A DNA stretch of 64,000 nucleotides from Dudresnaya verticillata (Eukaryota), in NCBI GenBank assembly GCA_977862235.1, contig OZ374559.1:1302001-1366000 (forward strand), read 5' to 3'. Made by a program: the position numbers and the translations under genes. Positions 58,101 to 64,000 of this stretch are shown here, in pieces. A model generated the notes under the pieces. It did no database searches. It was not told where the DNA came from and saw nothing but the letters and a program-made list of their open reading frames with translations. The first letter of the stretch is position 1. Each line of letters opens with the position of its first letter.

Positions 58101-61028
58101 CACTTCTACTGGCCATCGATGGCCGTAGATTGCTACGCGACAACGCGAAATTGCGCGACGTGCGCCCGCAACCGGGTTAGGCTCAGGAGGAACTCCACCG
58201 AAATGAAGCTTTTCCCGGCGCGGGCGCCGCTGGAGTTTGTCTCCATCGACATCCTTGGCGAGCTGATCAGGACGAAGCGGGGAAACCGGTACCTGTTGGT
58301 GATAACAGACCGCTTTTCCAAGCTGGTCCGGACCATCCCGCTTCGCACAATCAGCGCCATGGATGTCGCACGGGCGTTCGTACGCCATTGGGTGTTCGTA
58401 TACGGTCCCCCGCGTTGGTTGTTGTCTGACAACGGGAAGAAGTTTGTTGCCAAACTGTTCCAAGCCATCTGCAGGGACCTGGGCGTCGAGAACATCTTCA
58501 CGACGACCTACCACCCGCAGGCCAATGGCCAGGTGGAAAGGTTCAATCGGACGATCCTCGCCGCCCTACGACACTATGTGGCTGACCACCCCCGCGATTG
58601 GGACCTCTTCTCTGACACGCTAACGTACGCGTACAACACGCAAGTACACACGTCAACGAAGATGGCCCCATTCCAACTCGTGTTATCCTGTCCGCCTCCG
58701 GCATTATCGGTAATAGCCGAGCCGAAGATAGGGGACATCCCCACGCGAGCACAGTACGCCACTAAGTGGCGGGAGTGGTTACGTGCATTAATGAGGACAG
58801 CCTCGGTTGAAATGGGTAAATCCCAAGCGCGGTACAAGCGCAACTTCGACGAGCGCTTGCGCAAGTCTCGCGAAGATATTGGAGTGAACTCCCAAGTATT
58901 CGTCCGAAGGGAATACTTCAAGCGGACGGACCGCAAGCACAAGCTGTCGCCCGTTGCCGACGGTCCATTCAAGGTAACCGCGGCAGACGAGAAGACCGTC
59001 ACGGTCCGAATGGGCGTCCAGCTTGAACGGCTCTCGCGCGACCGTGTGGTGTTAGCACCAAGTTCAAGCGGATTACCGCCAATGGTTGCCGACCCGGGTA
59101 TCGATAACGCCACGGGCGGTCCACAAGGGGTGAACCCCATAAGAAATAACCGCACGGCCGCACCAGCGGGACGAACGGACGTCCACACACCGCGGTCGGC
59201 CGTAGTGACACCGGGGCATGGAGGCCCCACAATAGTCCAAACCGGCCTCCAGGCGCCAATCGACGGCGCTGAAATAGTGCGCCCGACGGCGCCGAGTGCA
59301 GGGAGCGCGCCCCCAGCAGCCTCCCATGCGGATGACCGCCCCGCCGAGCCAGCGGGGGAACGACAACGAAGTTCATCCCCGCGGCAAGGTGTCGATAATG
59401 GGTTAACCCAGGTAGAGCGGGCGCAAGCGCCGCCCACTCGCAATATGGGGATGACCCCTGATCTCCCCAGTGGAACCGATCGGACGCCTAGAGCTGGCGC
59501 CGACGGACGGGAAGATGGGGAACGCCCCCTCGCAGTTGGATCGCCGAAGGCGGTACCCATAGCACCAAGAGGGGTAAACCCCAAAGCGATCGCGGAAACG
59601 TTGCCCCAGATCGCGAGGCGCACGTCGCCGAAAGCTGTCACGGCTGACCCGGGCGACCAGGTCGAGCCCACAGTATCGCACGACTCGGGAACGCACACGC
59701 AGGCGCCCGAGTCAGGTGCACATGAAGGGGAAAGCCCCATGGAAAACGCGGACAATGCGGAAAGCGCCTTCGCGGTCGACCAACGCAATACGGGACTGCC
59801 CGCAAACACGTCGAATAGCACTCCCGGTCTAAAGGGCGCAAGCCCGAACGCCGCGGGAGCTCGCGAATCTGGAGGGAGAACCGCCGCCGCTGCCTCAGAC
59901 ACCTCTCAGGGCGAGGGCAGACTTGTCCGTAAGGGCACAGAGCGCGACGTACCTCCCTCGCGTGTGGCTGTCAGCGCCCCGCGTCCTGAAAACCGAATTA
60001 CCACGACGCGGCGGGGTGCTGGCAATTTGGGAAAATCCCAATTAAATCCCCGGGCTCCACCCGTGCGGCGAGCCGAGACGCCCGCGTCCACACTGGTGTC
60101 TGCACCTACGCCCCCAGGCATACCGAGGGGGCTGGCGGACCTACCACAGTTGAACCCCGCGCGCGACCGCCGGCCGCGGCCAGGAGTCATCGACCGCCAG
60201 GCCATTGCGCGTTTCACGCCCATGGACAACTCCGCGGAACAACCGCCTGCACCAGCCCACTCGGCCGGTGCACAAGTCGTAGGCGGCCAGCCGGACGGAA
60301 TCCTATCCGACGTGCTAGACGGGGGATCACCCCAGAAGCCCACGAAAGAGTCGCGACGAACTCTCATGCGCGACACTGGGCTCGCGGAGATCGGCCCTGG
60401 AGACAGTCCGTCGCTGTCTCCCGCGGTCCCCGAGCCCGCAAAGCAAGCCGCCGCAACCGAAGGGGAACTCCCCATTTTCAAGCCGATTGAAGAGGACCTC
60501 CTCCGTGGCCACCTGAACGAACCCGAGGGCTCGCTGTCCTCGATAGGTGCCGCGCCGCACACGCGGACAAGGTGCCGAGACACAAAGGGGAACTCCCCAT
60601 CGGATGACGAAGGCCCGGTAAACTCCCTCACGGGACAGCCAGCCGACTCCTCCTGCTCGTCGCAGGAAGAGAAAGATGTGTCTACACCAGCCCCGACCCG
60701 CCTCACGCGTCCTCACAACTCAAAGGTGTTAACACCCACTCGACCACGTCAGCCGCCGAGGCACGGGACTACTGGGGTCCACCCCCACACCGTGGCGTCC
60801 ACGCGCGACGACGCCAACCCGACGGACGAATACGTCATCGAACGCGTCGTCGACCACGGTGTCGCCGATAACGGTTCGCTGCGCCTCCACGTCAAGTGGT
60901 ATGGCTACGTGTCTGGTGATAACACCTGGGAGCCGCTGGAGCACGTGCCTCGATCGCACGTGCTCCGCTATTACCGGCGACGACGCCTGCCCCCGCCGAT
61001 TAACATCGACGACGCACGCGCAGGTTAG
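55165..61028 (+). pseudogene. pol: Element G pol, frameshift near 56200 and TGA at 56532
   Basis: LDTGAG, GTL*FCMDYRR, YLDD, DTDAS, integrase, GPF, long linker, DEYVIERVVDH..KWYGY..TWEP. Confidence 0.92.
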
Positions 61029-61552
61029 CCCGGTAACGGTTGACGGCGGACCCTGGCCAAAAAGGGGTAAACCCCACGCTGGCCCCCGCCGCGCAAGAAC
61101 TGCACGCGCACACCCGCGTCGCCCGCTGACGACCATTCGCGCCCAGCGGGGACCGCCCCAATTTCATCTGCACGCTAGTTCCGCGCCATCGCGGACGGGC
61201 GCGCACACGACGAGGGGGCGCGCCCACACGCAGCGCACGCGGGGACAGCACAGACTGGACAGGGGGACGCCCCGACTTAGCGTCGCACGCACGCCGGGTC
61301 GCGCGGTTCCGATACACCCGCTCCCGCGGCGCGCGCCAGGATTTGCACGAAAACAACGGGGAAAGCCCCAATGACAATGCGCGCAAGCGCCCGTCAACGG
61401 GTGAGCCCGCGAGACGCGTTACCGCTAGTTCGATCGCACGAACGACATGCGCAAGTCGGCACGTTGCACTCGACCACGAGGTACAAGATGCACGGCCGCA
61501 CGCGCAGTGCACGGCATCACAGTGCGTGCGCAGGAGGCACGCCTACTGTATG

Positions 61553-61913
61553 CGCACGTTAATTTCGTGTAAGCACGTTTGCGCAGCGCACCAATGCGCG
61601 CGCCGAATTTCGTGTAAGGACGTTTGCGCAGCGCACCAACGCGCACGTTTATTTCGTGTAAGCACGTTTGCGCAGCGCACCAATGCGCGCGCCGAATTTC
61701 GTGTAAGCACGTTTGCGCAGCGCACCAACGCGCACGTTTATTTCGTGTAAGCACGTTCATCAAGCGCACCAATGCGCGCGCCGAATTTCGTGTAAGCACG
61801 TTTGAGCAGCGCACCAATGCGCACGATTAATTTCGTGTAAGCACGTTCATCAAGCGCACCAATGCGCGCGCCGAATTTCGTGTAATTGAAGCGCACCAAT
61901 AGGTGCGCCGAAT
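61553..61913. repeat. Element G tandem array, ~8 x 44-45 bp with dimeric (~89 bp) higher-order pattern
   Basis: ATTTCGTGTAA at 61562, 61607, 61651, 61696, 61740, 61785, 61830 and 61875. Unit ends alternate GCGCGCCG and GCACGTT. Confidence 0.93.
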
Positions 61914-63075
61914 TACATGGCCGGCGTGCGCGCGGTGCGAGGCGCCGGCAAGGGGCACCCAAAAGGGCACGTGTCCCCACGAAAACAAGGCGCATGCGCC
62001 AGCAATGCCTGTGGTGCAACGGCAAGGGGGCCGCCGAAAGGAAGAAAATCGACGGGGCAACTGTACGATCGGCCCAACCAAACGAAGACAGGTGGCCAAC
62101 GAAGTCGAGCCGTCGGCGCGCGGACGGCGGTCAGCGCGCGCAAGTATGATACGTGGCCACCAGCTGTACACGTGGCTCACACGTGGCCACCTACGACACT
62201 GAAGCGCACCACGTGTCCTGCTGTACATGTATGATCCGGTTCGCGGCCGGACACAAATGGAAATTGGATTTGGCCGCAAGGTGAATCCAAGAGAAGACAG
62301 TGGAAAAATCAAGGGAAAATCTAACTCGCATGGCCAACCACTAACGAACAAGTACTTGGTTTAGTCTGGTAAGGGTACAGCATTGGCCCGACGCCGGAAC
62401 ACAAGTAGATAATATGGCCGACCGGAGTAACCTCGGCCACTAACTGTAGAATAGCTCTAGATTAGCTCAGATGGCCGATTTTGGGCCTACTTAGCTGGCC
62501 ACACACTACGGCTAAGCCGAAAAAGGTACGAAGCCGTCCCGCCAGAGGTTGGGAGTAAAGTTAGCAACTGAACCCCCGACTTGGCCATTCTCCGTCCTTA
62601 TCACGGATTCTGGCCACGACTTCGTCTGCGCGCTCCCGCTCTACCACGCTTGCTACCGGCGCGCAGGTCCGTTCTACGTTCTGGCCAGTTTTGGTCAAAT
62701 CCGACAGGTCTTTGTGGTCTTCTTGGGGTCTCGTTGTGCTGCCGTACGCGGTGGTGCTCTAGAGATACTACAATGCCCACGCGTCGTGGGACAGACGGAC
62801 GGACCGCCTGCGCATCCCCGCGCACCGCCGCGCACCGTCGCGCGCATCCCCGCGCATCGTCGCGCGCCGCCCGCGCGCCTCCCGCGTCCCGCGCACATCG
62901 TCGCGCGGCGCCCGCGCGCCGCCCGCGTCCGGCTTCACTCGCCAACAGGGGAATACCCCCAAGCTTAGCGCTTTATTTTTGGGAACACCCACGCGCTAGA
63001 CGCGACTTGCTACTACGCGAGTCAAACGCGCTGGCGCTCGCCCCTACGTGTCTACACGCCACTACAGCGACCCCG

Positions 63076-64000
63076 CTAGAGGTCGCCGTAGTCTACCAGA
63101 TCGTGGTCCTCCGCCGCCGCGGCGTCACCCTCGACCTCGACGTAATCGTCCAGGTCAGGTGACGCCGTCGCCCCTACCACATCGGGATCACCCGCGTCGG
63201 CCATTTCGACGTCCCCCGCTCCCGCTTGCGCGTCGCCGGCCCCGTTACGCTCAACGCGTGGGACAGGGGGAGGCTGGCTGCGCAGCAACGGGGCCGCCAT
63301 GGACTTCTCGGCCAACGAACGGGAACACCCGTACTCTTGGGGATCTCCCCGTCCTTGGCGCTACCAGCAGCAGAAGCTGCCGCCGCCCCCACCCGCTCAC
63401 GGCGCGCGTTGTTCGCCGCCGCGATGGCTGCGGGGGTGACGACGCCGCTGGGCCCAATCGGGGATAACCCCTGCGCCATCCAAGCAGGCACACCTGCTGG
63501 CAGCGCCGACGCCGGGGTCGGCTCGCTAAGCGATACCGTATCGCCCCCGGCGTCCTCACAGTTAGCGGCAGGATCCTCCTGAGCCGCTACGGTACCATTG
63601 GGGCTCACCCCTCCCACAGCGGACGAACCGCCTGGAGCTGCACCGCGAACGCGCGCGAGCAACCCTTCACGTGTTAACACGTCGTCCACCGCCACAATGC
63701 CAGCCTCCTCAAGGAAGCGGCGTACAACCGCAAGGTCCGGTTCGCCGGGGGCGGCTACCGTAGGCGGTGACACGGGAACTCCCGATTTAGGAACCGACCC
63801 ACCAGACGCGGTAGGCGCGTTGTCCGCCGCGCTTTCGGCAGGCGCAATGGCGCCGTCGCCCGTGGGTGATCCCATTTCCTCATCCGACTCGGCCGCGATG
63901 GCCGAGTCGGCATGCTGGGCTGCCTCGAACGGCGGCACCATGTCTGGTGAAAACACCCAACCACGCAAGTGGCCCCTCGGGATTGCCCGTCGCTGGTTGC
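63076..64000 (-). CDS. Element G antisense accessory ORF, C-terminal part (5' part beyond window; possible frameshift near 63320)
   Basis: RRAIPRGHLRGWVFSPD at the window edge matches PRSMPPGQPRGYLVDPE of the E ORF. An acidic tail in frame 63076..63315 resembles the C ORF tail. Confidence 0.7.

Larger units (their letters stand above)
51393..64000 (+). mobile_element. Element G: chromodomain Ty3/gypsy retrotransposon related to E, truncated by the window end
   Basis: LTR, PBS, gag, pol, tandem array and antisense ORF. Predicted TSD GTAAA cannot be checked here. Confidence 0.92.

Noticed and set aside
58574..60706. Long minus-strand ORFs (442 and 266 aa) in G
   Set aside because: Shadow frames of GC-rich pol, with no matching ORF evident in the other elements.
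61553..61913. CRISPR-like appearance of regularly spaced ~45-bp units (also 40431-40589 and 7161-7240)
   Set aside because: Whole units repeat with no unique spacers, there are no cas genes, and the context is eukaryotic.

Overview
Eukaryotic DNA, most likely a red alga (inferred from the intronless host genes and the style of the Ty3/gypsy elements; not provable here). Bases 1-12.5 kb are host-like: a relic of a restriction-like-endonuclease non-LTR retrotransposon, an intronless NOT3 (CCR4-NOT) gene, a probable solo LTR with 4-bp TSD, a decayed or unresolved 4.9-9.2 kb stretch, and an NAD(P)-binding flavin/biliverdin reductase-like gene. From 12,806 to the end is a nest of chromodomain-bearing Ty3/gypsy LTR retrotransposons, resolved by LTR pairs and 5-bp TSDs. 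LTR A contains solo LTR B (TSD GTGGG). B contains element C (minus, TSD ACCGA) and solo LTR F (TSD CCCAC). C's 3' LTR contains element D (plus, TSD GATAT, intact gag-pol), and D contains element E (plus, TSD CACCG). LTR-like H/I and element G follow, and G runs off the window. The letters are my labels. Most notable: (1) C, E and G, which have dissimilar LTRs, each carry a homologous antisense gene of unknown function between pol and the 3' LTR; C and G also have a tandem array next to it. (2) All four elements use a tRNA-Tyr-type PBS, and the LTRs of D, E and G display extra motifs complementary to the tRNA-Tyr anticodon loop and D-loop. (3) E looks older than its host D, suggesting a 22.6-kb composite moved as one unit. 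(4) A dUTPase-like remnant sits between protease and RT. All difference counts are manual.
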